A stretch of DNA of 64,000 bases from the human T2T-CHM13v2.0 reference genome, Homo sapiens. The translations under genes were made by a program, and so were the position numbers. The DNA is taken from assembly GCF_009914755.1 (NCBI RefSeq), contig NC_060933.1; one strand, 5' to 3'. The stretch's first letter is position 1; every line of letters starts with the position of its first letter. The notes under the pieces were generated by a model. The model was not told the DNA's origin. It saw nothing but the letters and a program-made list of their open reading frames with translations, and searched no databases. Of this stretch, positions 27,715 through 39,523 are shown one piece after another.

Positions 27715-27820
27715 TATTTATTTTTTATTTTACATTTTATTAATTTAATTTTATTTGTAAATTTACATATAATTAAATTGTACGTATTTATGGGGTATGT
27801 AGTGAGGTTTTGATGCATTT
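27715..27820 (-). mobile_element. Short L1MA-type 3' tail
   Basis: T-rich tail then aattgtacgtatttatggggtatgtagtgaggttttgatgcat. Confidence 0.65.
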
Positions 27821-28454
27821 TAGTAGCTTGCTAGAGCCGCCGAGCACCGGTGTGCTCACTTCTCATGGCGTGCCGAGTCTGTGGTAGAAATGGTTGATGG
27901 CCTGTGATTCCAGGTGTTAGCAAATTAACAGCCTCAAGCAGACAATTGATGCATTCATTGGATGGCGCCAGAGCTCAAATGCTCCAGCTAAATGACATTT
28001 ATCATGCCCCATTTAACAAGCCTCCTTAATTCACTCTCTTTGGCCTCCTGTGTTTACGAGGAACCAGCATGGTCGGTTTGTGGAATGCAGCACGCATCAC
28101 CCCCAGAGAGCATCACCCACAGAACACTGGACCTGGAAATGCCAAGGGGAGGGGCATGGCTCTGAGCTGGGCTGTGGATCCAGTAGTCAAAGCCTCCGGA
28201 GCAGGGCCGAGCTAGGCAGGCCCGCCCACGCCCTGACTGTCCATCTCCTTGTTTTGGTCCAGCTGTCTCCTCCGAAGAAGGCAGGGACTTCATCTTTTAC
28301 GTCCTCATAACTAGCGCTTTCCAGGATGACTTGATGGGTTCTTGAATTCGAAAATGATTCTGAAGGAACTATAGTATGATTTATGGATTAAATAATGATT
28401 TTCTGGAATAGGGTAACACGATTCCCACAAGCCTAGTTATTTCTTGCCTGGGTT

Positions 28455-28769
<315 letters not shown>

Positions 28770-28894
28770 TCTTGCCTGGGTTATTGCAATAGCCTCCTCA
28801 CTGCTCTCCTGCTGGGGCTCCCTGCCCAGAAGGCACCTTCACACCCACACCATGAGGCCTGCTTGTGCAAGAGGAGAGAGATCTGGAACATCTA

Positions 28895-29373
28895 TTCAAG
28901 ACAAAGTTATTCATTCTCTCGTTAAAGCATGATAAGACAGACTTTATTTAGGACCATTATGATAGGTACAGGAACCACTGTGGTGGGGTCTTGCTGTGGG
29001 GGAGAGATACTGGGCTCAACTCTGAACACAACAAGGAAAAGTGGGAATTTATCACCAAGGAGTAGGACAGGGGTCAGTGGATGGAAAATTACTCAGAAGA
29101 AACATCAGGGCTGTGGGGGGATTCTGGCTTAACTGACCTGAGAGGATTATTGCTGAAGACAAACCAGGGTGACCAGACATCATCTGGGAGTGGTGGGGGA
29201 TAAGGAACCTGATCAGATACCGAGGGTGGGGTTCCTGGCTAAACTGACTTAGCAGGTTTCTTGCTAAAACTGGACAATGCAGACACGAACATGGGGGTCG
29301 CAAAGTCAGACATAGTCGGAAAAGAGCTCAGGAAGGCCTGAGTAGAGTTGGGTTGGGGAGACGTTCTTTGTCA
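28895..29373 (-). mobile_element. MER31-type ERV1 solo LTR
   Basis: Reverse strand begins tgacaaaga...actcaggccttcctgagctcttttccgacta; internal ctggctaaactgacttagcagg repeats typical of MER31. Confidence 0.8.
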
Positions 29374-29999
29374 CATCCCTACTGGGCCTCCCGGAACCCC
29401 CCTCTGACTTGATTCTCAAAATCTCTTTTTTTTAATCCATAAAGGATAGGATAGCCTGTGCAGCAGGGAGTCACAGGGGCTCTTCTGATTTCAAGCTGCA
29501 TCCAAGAGCAAAGGGTCACATATCCTACCAGAGTGAGCGGCTTTCCCGGAAAGACTTGTGAAGGGCAGCCCCAACAAAATTTGTTCTGCCTCCTGGGCCC
29601 TAAAGGAGGACTGTGAGGAGGGTGCAACGAGGTCTCTTTGAAGAAGCTATGCAGATACTTCACCTGTCACCTTTCCCTGTGGGGATAGGTGTGTTTTCCC
29701 CAGCTCATGCCAAATGAGGATGATTGGAGAGAACTCCCTGAAAAGCTGCCCCTGGCTTGGCAAAATTTACAGTGTCAGAAGCTGCCTAGAGCTTCCTGGG
29801 AGGACAGAGTGGGAGAGACAGAGCGACTTGTGTCCTGAGAGCAGATGGGCATCTCAGGCATGGATCACAGAGGACCCTGGGAACCTTGCCACCAGCAGGG
29901 CCTGGGATAGCCCCAGGTCGTGCCTGACTCTGCTAGGGTTAGACGACACAGGGCCACAGGGACTGCCTTCTGAGAACCTGCAGGAGCTCCAAATAGGAA

Positions 30000-30252
30000 A
30001 AGAGAGTCAGATAAGCTCACCAAGACAGAAAGTAGAATGGTGGTCACCAGGCGCTAGCGGGAGAAAGGGGAACAGGGAGGTGTTTGATGGGTACGGAGTT
30101 TCTGTTTGGGAAGATGAAGAATTTCTGGGGATGGATGGTGGTATCAGTTTTACAAAAATGTGAATGCACTTAATGCCATTCAACTGTAACTTTAATGTGG
30201 CTAAGATGGTCAATTTTATGTTATGTATATTTTATCACAATTTTAAAAAGAA
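30000..30252 (+). mobile_element. L1MB2/3-like 3' end
   Basis: gacagaaagtagaatggtgg...ggagtttctgtttgggaagatgaa...aattttatgttatgtatattttatcacaattttaaaaa. Confidence 0.88.
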
Positions 30253-30450
30253 AGAGAATCCAAGTGTTGGCATCTACTGTCCAGCAGGCACCAATGTCCA
30301 ACTGAAATGTCACCAATGAGATAAGGCCCTCTCCACTGGCCCACCATCTTGGCCATCTGTGGAGACCAACACAGGGAATGGGCATGAGGAAGAATAAGGT
30401 CAGGACTCACCCCGTCCTCAGGTTCTGAGGGTCTGGTCAGGAGCCGCCAT

Positions 30451-30879
30451 TGTGTCCAGAGTCAGTTCCTGCCGGTGGGTTCATGGTCTCGCTGACTTCA
30501 AGAATAAAGCTGTGGACCTTCGCAGTGAGTGTTACAGCTCTTAAAGATGGCACAGACCCAAAGAGTGAGTGGTAGCAAGGTTTACTGTGAAGACCGCAAG
30601 GACAAAGCTTCCACAGCGTGGAAGGGGACCCCAGCAGGTTGCCAGCTGCTGGCTGGGGGTTGCCAGCTTTTATTCCCTTATTGTCCCCTCCCATGTTCCT
30701 TTTCTGTCCTATCAGAGTGCCCTTTTTTCAATCCTCCCCAGGATTGGCTACTTTTATAATCCTGCTGATTGGTGCATTTTACAGAGCACTGATTGGTGCG
30801 TTTTACAATCCTCTTGTAAGACAGGAAAGTTCCCTAAGTCCCCACTCGACCCAGGAAGTCCAGCTGGCTTCACTTCTCA
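30451..30879 (-). mobile_element. Solo LTR12 (LTR12F-like, ERV9 family) with 4-bp TSD CCAT
   Basis: tgtgtccagag...ggtctcgctgacttcaagaat...ctgattggtgc repeats...cccactcgacccaggaagtccagctggcttcacttctca; CCAT at 30447-30450 and 30880-30883. Confidence 0.95.
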
Positions 30880-31179
30880 CCATGGCTGGGGGAGCCCTTC
30901 CTCAGATGAGAGTGGGAGACTGAGGTTTAGATTAGGCTGGACATTCAATATCTGATCATCAGACTGGGGAATGATAACCGGAGATGACCGTAATGGTTGA
31001 TTCTGATAGTGCCTGAGATGCCTTCTGGAACCTGAGAAGGGAGAAACATTTGACTTGTGCTGTGTAAGGGAAAAAGTCTATTTCATAATTCTGCCCTCCA
31101 AGTTCCATTTAGTCAATAAGTTATGCATGCTTGACTATAGGATTGTTTTTTTAATTACAACAAAGGATACCCCAAACAA

Positions 31180-31800
31180 AACAAAGGCAAGGATACTGGG
31201 GAAAATATTACTTGAGCTATAACAAGAGTTAATATGGACAACATATCAATAACTTTTACAAACATAATAAAAGTGAAATAACACAGAAAAAAATGAGTGA
31301 ATCCTATTCATAGGCAATTCACAGACAGGTGAATGCAAATGGTTGATAAGCATATTTTTAAAAATATCAAGTCGTATATGGAAGCATCAAAAAGTAAATG
31401 AAAATAAATAATTACATCTATCTTGGTTTATCATATTGGAAAAACCATCATATTAATATTATCCACGTTGGTGAGGAGGTAAAGGAGAGAGCATTTTATA
31501 TGTTGTTTATTATATTTTCCCATCCACACACACACACATATGCACACACACATGCACACACATCCATCTGTTCCATTTCTGCTCATCTAGTCTGCAGAAA
31601 TGAAGTCATTTGCGCATATCATAGGTACAATGAGACATATTCCAGCACAAAATTGCAAGTCCACCAACAGGAAAATGCTTAAATAAGTTGACTACACACC
31701 TAATATAGAGTATCGTTCAGATATTAAGCATGTTGAGTTAGATCCACATTCATCGAATTATAGGGATGCCCATGCCATGAAGTAAAGAAATAAGTTGGAC
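31180..31800 (+). mobile_element. Old L1ME-like fragment
   Basis: aggcaattcacagacaggtgaatgcaaatggttgataagcatat and A-rich ORF2-like composition. Confidence 0.6.
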
Positions 31801-31821
31801 AGATATATAAATATAACAATG

Positions 31822-32135
31822 AGCTGGGCGCGGTGGCTCATGTCTGTAATCCCAGCACTTTGGGAGGCTGAGGCGGGCAGATCACTTGAGGTCAGCAGTT
31901 CGAGACCAACCTGGCCAATATGGTGAAATCCCATCTCTACTAAAAATACAAAAATTAGCTGGGCGTGGTAGCAGGTACCTGTAATCCCAGCTACTTAGGA
32001 GGCTGAGGCAGGAGAATTGCTTGAACCCAGGAGGCGGAGCTTACTGTGAGCCGAGATCATGCCTCTGCACTCCAGCCTGGGTGACAAGAATGAAACTCTG
32101 TCTCAGAAAAACATAAACATGAAAATAAATAAATA
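31822..32135 (+). mobile_element. AluSx/Sz
   Basis: gctgggcgcggtggctcatgtctgtaatcccagc...ctccagcctgggtgacaagaatgaaactctgtctc plus A-rich tail. Confidence 0.96.
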
Positions 32136-32462
32136 ACACGATGAAGAAGGGGAGACATTTGTGATCCACGGGTATGTGTGTGTATGTTTGTATCTGAGGG
32201 CCTGGCCGTGCAGAAGTTGTGTAACATACACGCCAGGCCCTCAATACTGGTTCCATGGTTGTGTTAGAAGGATGAGGGAAGAAGGAAGCAATACATAAAA
32301 TATTAATAAATGTTAAGTAAAACAGCCAATTATAATATCTATTCAGTATCTTTCTTCACATACATAAAAATGAATATGCACCGTATTTACAGGCAAGCAC
32401 AGGAAGAGGAAAAACATTGATTTGATTAAAGGATATCATTGTGGACTTTTAGGGCTTCAATA

Positions 32463-32717
32463 TTTTAAAATAAATTTTATTTTGGAATAATTTTAGATTT
32501 AATAGATAAGTTACAAAGATATTACAGAGACTTCTCATATACCCTTTACTGAATTTCCCCCATCATTAATATCAGATGCTATCACTGTGCTTTTGTGAAA
32601 ACTAAGACATTGACATTGTTACATTACTACTAACTAAACTGTGGATTTTATTGGATTTCATCAGTTTTTTTTAAATTATGTCCTGTTTTAGTTCCAGGAT
32701 CCAGTCCAGGGCACCAC
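32463..32717 (-). mobile_element. L1MC3/4-like 3' end
   Basis: ttttattttggaataattttagattta...actaagacattgacattgttacattactactaactaaact...gttccaggatccagtccagg. Confidence 0.8.
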
Positions 32718-33240
32718 TACCTGCTCTGTTATAGTGTCATGATACTGATGGCTTGTTGTGTAGTCATGTTAGGATGGCTTTTTAACACTTAATTGGGCTA
32801 TACTATTGTAGTTGCCTCTTTGCCTTAAGGACTTTCATTTTTACTTTCATGTAGGTTTGCAATAAAGTAGAAAATGTTTTTAATGACTTTATTGCTGTCT
32901 AAGTGAGATATTTTTGCAAGACACTTAGAGTCCTTCTTGATATGCTCAATTCTCCCTGTCTCATTAGGCGTGTCTTCCTCCCTTTCTCTACCCACCTTCT
33001 TGATGTTTCAGCCACTTGGGATGCAATGCTTCATCGTGTGGATGCCATATTATCCTTTTCCACCTCTCCCACATTGATTCCAAATCCATCAGTCTTGGCC
33101 TCATTTCCTGTGAAGGTCCTAGGCCATACTTGCACACATCTTCTGGTTACTGATCAGTCTCTTCGTGCCCCCAGCTGGCCCATTCCTCTTCCATAGAGCT
33201 CAACCCAGCAACCATGCAACTATAAGTCTATAACCACAAC

Positions 33241-33241
<1 letters not shown>

Positions 33242-33282
<41 letters not shown>
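33242..33282. repeat. (TG)20 microsatellite
   Basis: Perfect TG run. Confidence 0.99.
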
Positions 33283-33284
<2 letters not shown>

Positions 33285-33414
33285 GGGTGATCTCCTTCTG
33301 ACCCAGAGCACATGACACAGATGCTGTGTGTTCATCTCTGTGCCCCTTGGTTCCCAGCTAAGTGTCTTGGACCTGTATGATGGAAAAAAGAAGGAAGACA
33401 AGGAAGAGAAGGAG

Positions 33415-33812
33415 GAAGAGAATATTCAGCCTTAAAAATGGAGGAAATCACGTCACAAGCTGCAACGTAAATAAGTGTCATGGACATTATGCCAAGTGAA
33501 ACAAACCAGGCACAAAAGGACAAATGCTGTCTGATTCCACTCATGGGAGGACCCCGGAGAAGTTCAAGTCATGGAGACAGAAAGTGGAATGACGGTTTCC
33601 AGGGCCTGGGGGGAGGAGGAATGGGGTGTGAGTGTTTAATGAGTGCTGAGCTTTTGTTTGGGATGATAAAAAAAGTTCTGGAAACGGTTAACGATGTTGG
33701 TTGTACAAATGTGAATGTACCTAATGCTGCTAAACTGTACACTTGAAAATGGTTAAGAAGGTAAATTTTATGTTATGTGTACTTCATCACAATTTAAAAG
33801 AAAAGAAATAAA
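33415..33812 (+). mobile_element. L1MB2/3-like 3' end
   Basis: tattcagccttaaaaatggaggaaat...ggacattatgccaagtgaaacaaaccaggcacaaaaggacaaat...ggtaaattttatgttatgtgtacttcatcacaattt. Confidence 0.9.
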
Positions 33813-34607
33813 ATGTCTATGGAAACAATATTTTGAAACTGGTTTACAAGGAGGTGACTAAGTGCTCTCTTCCTGTCCTCCTTTGCGATTGTAAACAGAA
33901 AATTAGTCATTTAAAGTCTGTTAGCTGTGCACTCCAGGAGGCGGGGGACATGAAGTGAGAGCAGGTGACTGGTGCATTTCCATTTGTGCTACAACAACTA
34001 GGAGGAAGTGACAGAAATGACAGCAAACAATGGAATGAAAAACTCATGAAAAGGTAAATTGGAGCTCCAAAGTCAGGGGAATACAATGAAAGAAAAACCG
34101 TAACTGTTCCCGGTGTGCCGGGCCAGTGGAGACAAGGGCCTCCCTCTGCCCTGTGTGCCTGGATGATGATCAATTCATCTCAGGCCAGAACAGTTGTCCT
34201 GGACGCTTCAGAGGAAGGCAACAGAGTGACTCACCACAGGCTGCAGCTTCCTAGGGGCACGCATGCATCCATTTATCAGCACTGGAACAATTTATGGATA
34301 GCTGGCAATTTGTAGAAGGGGCCACTCAATATATTTTTTTTAAAGCCTAGCTCCATTTAAAAAATAAATCAGAAGTAGAAAAGTAGATTAAGGAAGCAAT
34401 AGGGTGTCTCATGGGCCGTGTATGAAATGCCTACAGTATTTGGTATATAATACAGGTTTAGTGTTGGACACTTAAGATTACTGTATAGGCATTAGGAATT
34501 TCATGTCAATTTCTCATCGTCCCTTTATTTGTGATAATGGGAGTATTTCAGTGGAAATAAAGGATTCACCTAAGAAGCTTTTTAGGATGATTTAAGACCT
34601 AACACAA

Positions 34608-35168
34608 TGATATTAGTGATGTATTGCCACATAACAAATCTTAGTGGTTTGAAACAACAAACGTTTATAGTATCTCAGTTTCCGAGTGTCAGGAATCCAG
34701 GTGTGGCTTCACTGGGTGGTTTGGGTCAGGGTCTCAGAGTAGCAGTCTGCATGTTTGTGGGTCTGCGTCCATCTTGAGATTTGAGGAACAGGTCAGATCT
34801 GCTGCCAAGCTCACTCACCTGGGTAGGAGCAGGATGCCATTCTTTGCAGATGTTGGATGGAGGGTCTCAGATCTTCATGGTCTGTCGGCTGGAGCTGTGT
34901 GTCCCTTGGCAAGGTGTGTCTGTACTGTGAGTGCAGCTCACACTGTGGCAGCTGACTTTCTGCAGTTATGAGCATAAGACAAGAGAGGATGAGCAAGCCA
35001 GAATGCAGTCTTTCTGTAACCTCATCATAGATGTGACATCCCATCACTTTTGCCATATGATCTCTGTTAGAAGCAAGTCACTGGGTCCCACCCTCACTCA
35101 AGAAGAAGGTATCACAAAGGGTGTGAATACCAAATGTACTGGGGTCCTTCTAGACGCTTTCTACTACA
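34608..35168 (-). mobile_element. MaLR LTR (MLT1F-like)
   Basis: cttagtggtttgaaacaacaaacgttt...gtgacatcccatcacttttgccatat...agaagcaagtcactgggtcc...aagggtgtgaatacca. Confidence 0.85.
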
Positions 35169-35684
35169 ATTATAAGAAGAAATGCACTAGCCCCAAATCA
35201 TTGGAAACAGGGTCACAGGGAGATAGAGCAAGTTGGAAAGTGCCTTGGGACTTGGCTTCCCTCTTTTCTGACAAGAATCGTCTTCATGAATGTGACATCA
35301 CCTCTTTGATAGGTGGAAGGAGGCAGGGAGCAGGGGCAGATCAAGGCTCATGTCAGCATGGTCCTACTGAGGCAGCCCTGTCCTTTCTGCAGGCAGCAGC
35401 AATCAGATGCAGGTCTTCATCTCCAACAGGAGCTGGAATCCTGGTTTCTGATGTTGGCCCAGAGCACTTCTGGAGAAATGTGTGAGGGAGACAAGTGGAG
35501 AAGGGATGTCCACAGCCCACCATACTTAGGGTGGTGTGCCCGAGTGAGGTGCCCGTGCTCTCATGTTCTGTAACCTGGTGGGCACAGCCAGGGGCAGTGG
35601 CTGCCTGCACATGATGCTTTATGAAGAAGCAGCAGCTGTGGAATGCTCCCTGTGGGCCATGCACGCTACAGGGGCTCTGCGTGC

Positions 35685-35845
35685 ATCACTTCACTTCACC
35701 CCCACAGGAGCACGATAGAGAGGTTACTGTCCTACCTCCAGTTTTAAATCTGGGGAAACTGAGATTGTGAGATCGAGCCATCTGCTGCAGCACATGGGGC
35801 CCGTGGGTGGCCAAACCCAGATTTCCATACTGGTCTTGATGACTA
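35685..35845 (-). mobile_element. MIR fragment
   Basis: ccagttttaaatctggggaaactgaga (MIR core, antisense). Confidence 0.65.
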
Positions 35846-36322
35846 ATTACTTCTAAGTTATTCTTTTTCAAAGTTCTTTTAGCTATACTAGCTGTTTGGT
35901 TTTTTTTTTTTTTGCCTTTCCACACATTTTAGAATAATGTCCAAATCTACAAAAGTCTTACTGAGATTATGAAAGAAATTGTTTAAACCTATAGATCAAT
36001 TTGAGAAGAATTGACATCCTCACTCTCTTATGTCTTTGAATCCATGATTAAATCTATTATTTAAATCTATGATGGTATTTCTATTTACTTTTATAGATCT
36101 TTGAGTTCTTTTATCAGCCTTCTGTGGTACAAATTCTGTTTATACTTTGTTAGATTTATACCTTAGTATTTCATTTCTTTTAGCTATTGTAAATGGTATT
36201 ATATTTTAATTTCTGTGACCACATGTTCTCTTCTAGAGTACAGAAAAACAGCTGAGTTTTGTATGTTTCTCTTTTAACCTGAAATATTGCTGAGTCCACT
36301 TGTTAGTTCTAGGTGTGCTTTT

Positions 36323-36606
36323 TTCTTTCTTTCTTTCTTTTTTTTTTTTTGAGACAGAGTCTCACTCTGTTGCCCAGGCTGGAGTGCAATGACGCCATCT
36401 CAGCTCAAGCGATTCTCCTGCCTCAGCCTCCTGAGTAGCTGGGATTACAGGCGTGCACCACCATGCCTGGCTAATTTTTTGTATTTTTAGTAGAGACAGG
36501 GTTTCACCGTGTTAGCCAGGATGGTCTCAATCTGCTGACCTCGTGATCTGCCCACCTCAGCCTCCCAAAGTGCTGGGATTACAGGTGTGAGCCACCACGC
36601 CCAGAC
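36323..36606 (-). mobile_element. AluSc-like with ~25-nt internal deletion, nested in L1
   Basis: 16-bp TSD ttctaggtgtgctttt at 36307 and 36607; cagctcaagcgattc lacks ctgcaacctccgcctcccgggttca. Confidence 0.95.
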
Positions 36607-36891
36607 TTCTAGGTGTGCTTTTGTAGATTCTCTAGGATTTTGTGAGTAGACAATCAAGCCAACTACAAGTAGGGACAGTTTTATTTCTTTCATTGCATTC
36701 TGTTTTTTATTTACTTTTTCTTTTTTTTTTTTTTTGCCTTAATGAACTGGTTAAAACTTCTGGCACTGTATTCACTAAGAATGATGAGAACAGACATCCC
36801 TGCCAGGCTCCAAATCTTAGGGGGAAGCATTCACACCATGCAGTATAAAGTGAGCTGTGGTTTTACCAATGCTTTTTGTGAAGTTGAGGAA

Positions 36892-36998
36892 GTTTCTCCC
36901 TTATTACTATTATTACTATTTTCTAAAAGTTTTCTTTATTGTTTCTCCCTTATTACTATTATTACTATTTTCTAAAAGTTTTCTTTTTTGTTTCTCCC
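36892..36998. repeat. 49-bp tandem duplication inside L1
   Basis: gtttctcccttattactattattactattttctaaaagttttcttt(a/t)tt x2 plus gtttctccc. Confidence 0.95.
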
Positions 36999-37111
36999 TC
37001 TCTCTTTTTTTAAATGAATCAGTGTTGCATTTTGCCAAATGCTTTTTTCTACATCAGTTGATGTCATCAGGTGATTTTTCTTCTTTAGCTTGTAAATGTG
37101 GTCAGTTACAC

Positions 37112-37452
37112 ACAGACAGTTCCTGACTTGCAATAGTATGACTTAAAATTTTTCAATGTTTTGACTCTACAATAGTACAAAACCATCTAACCATTCTGTT
37201 TTTCATTTTCAGTATGGTATTCAGTAAATTATGTGAGACATTTTATACTTTACTATAAAATAAGCTTTGTGTTTGATGATTTTTCCCAACTGTAGGCTAA
37301 TGGAAATATTCTGAGCACAATTCAGGTAGGCGAGGCTAAGCTATGAGGTTTGGTAGGTTGGGCATATTAACTGCATTGTTGACTTAACGATATTTTCAAC
37401 TAATGAGTGGGTTTATTGGGCCATAACTTCATGGTAAGCTGAAAAGTATCTG
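37112..37452 (-). mobile_element. MER47A (TcMar-Tigger) nested in L1
   Basis: cccaactgtaggctaat...ctgagcacaattcaggtaggcgaggctaagctatg...gatattttcaact...atctg; reverse complement of MER47A. Confidence 0.88.
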
Positions 37453-38678
37453 TAATTGATTTTTGAATATTGAACTCGCTTTGAATTTCAGGAACAAAAT
37501 CCACTTGGTTGTGATGTACGATTATTTTGATGTATTGCTAAATTCTATTTGTTATTTTGTTAAAATTTTTTGCATCTATAATTATGGCAAATATTAATCT
37601 GTAGTTTTCCTTTTGGTATACTTTTGGTCTAGTTTTGTATCAGTATAATGCTGGATTCATAAAATTCATTGGGAAGTGTTTCCATTCTTTCTATTTTGGG
37701 GAAGAGACTATGTATAATCGGTGTTAATTCTTGAAATATTTGGCAGAATTCTTCAGTAAAACCATCTGGACTCAAAGGTTTCTTTTATGAGGGAGTTTTA
37801 ACATTACTAATTCAATTTCCTAAAGAGTGTTCAAATTCTCTATTTCATATTCTGTGAACTCCAGTGGTTTGTGTTTTTCAAAGAATTGGTCCATTTCATC
37901 AAAGTTGTCAAATTTATGTGTGTAGCTATTCACAGTATCCTCTTATGCTTTGGACATCTGTAGGGTCTGTAGTGATATCCTTGGCTTCATTATTTTTATT
38001 TATAAATTTTATTATCTTTTTTTTGTCAGTCTTGCTATAAGTTTGTCAATTTTATTGATCTTTTCAATGATCCAGTTCTTTGTTTCATTCATTATCTCTA
38101 TTGCTTTCCTGCTTTTTATTTGACAGATTTCTGCTTTTATCTTTATTATTTTCTTCCTTCTGCATTCTTTGGGTTTATTTTTCTCTTGTTTGTCTAGGAT
38201 CTTGGAGTGAAAGCTTAGATTAGTGATTTGAGACTTTTCATTTTTTCTTATCTATTCATGTAGTGCTACAATTTTCCCTCTCACCACTGCTTTTGTGATG
38301 TTTAATAAAGTTTGTTATGTTGTATTTTCATTTTCATTCAACTCTGTGCATCTCATTTCCCTTGAGACTTCCTCTTTGACCCATAGATTATTAAGAAGTG
38401 TGTTATTTAGTTTGTAAGTATATCAAGATTTTCCCTTATTGTTCTGTTATTCATTTCTTATTTGATTCCATTGTGGGAATCATACTTTATCTGATTTTAA
38501 TTCTTTTAAGAGAACATACCTTACCTGATTTTAAATCTTTTAAATTTTCTAAGGTTTGTTTTATGGCCCAGGATATCTGTCTTGATATACATCATGTGAG
38601 CACTTGAAAAGAATTTGTATTCTATTGTTGTTGGATGGAGTATTCTATAAATATGGATTAGCACTTGTTGATTGATGG

Positions 38679-39008
38679 TTTCTATGGTTTGAATGTTTAT
38701 CCCCTCCAAACCTTATGTTTAAATTTGGTTGCCATTGTGGTGGTGTTGGAAATTGAGGCTTTGGGGAGGTGATAGGGCCATGAGGGCTCCACCTGCATGG
38801 GCAGGATTAATGCCACTATAAAAGGGCAAGTCCAACCTTCTTTTGTCTCTGCCCTTCTACCATGTGATGATTCAGCAAGTAGGCCCTTGCAAAATGTTGA
38901 TGCCTTGATCTTGGACTTTCCAGGCTGCAGAACTGTGACAAAATAATTTCTTAAATAAAATCTCCAATCTGTGGAATTTTATTTTAAAAGCACAAATTGA
39001 ACTGAGAT
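38679..39008 (+). mobile_element. MaLR LTR (MSTC/MSTD-like) nested in L1
   Basis: ctatggtttgaatgtt...ggccatgagggctccacctgcatgg...ccttgatcttggactttccaggctgcagaactgtga. Confidence 0.85.
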
Positions 39009-39100
39009 GATGGTGCTATTGAGGTCTTCTGTGTTCACACTGATTTTCTGTTTAGTTCTCTCAATTGTTGAGAGAAGGGTGTTGAAATTGCTAATTGTAA

Positions 39101-39523
<423 letters not shown>

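Noticed and set aside
34931-35485. 184-aa plus-strand ORF
   Set aside because: Non-ATG start; first half is antisense MLT1F; no recognisable homology
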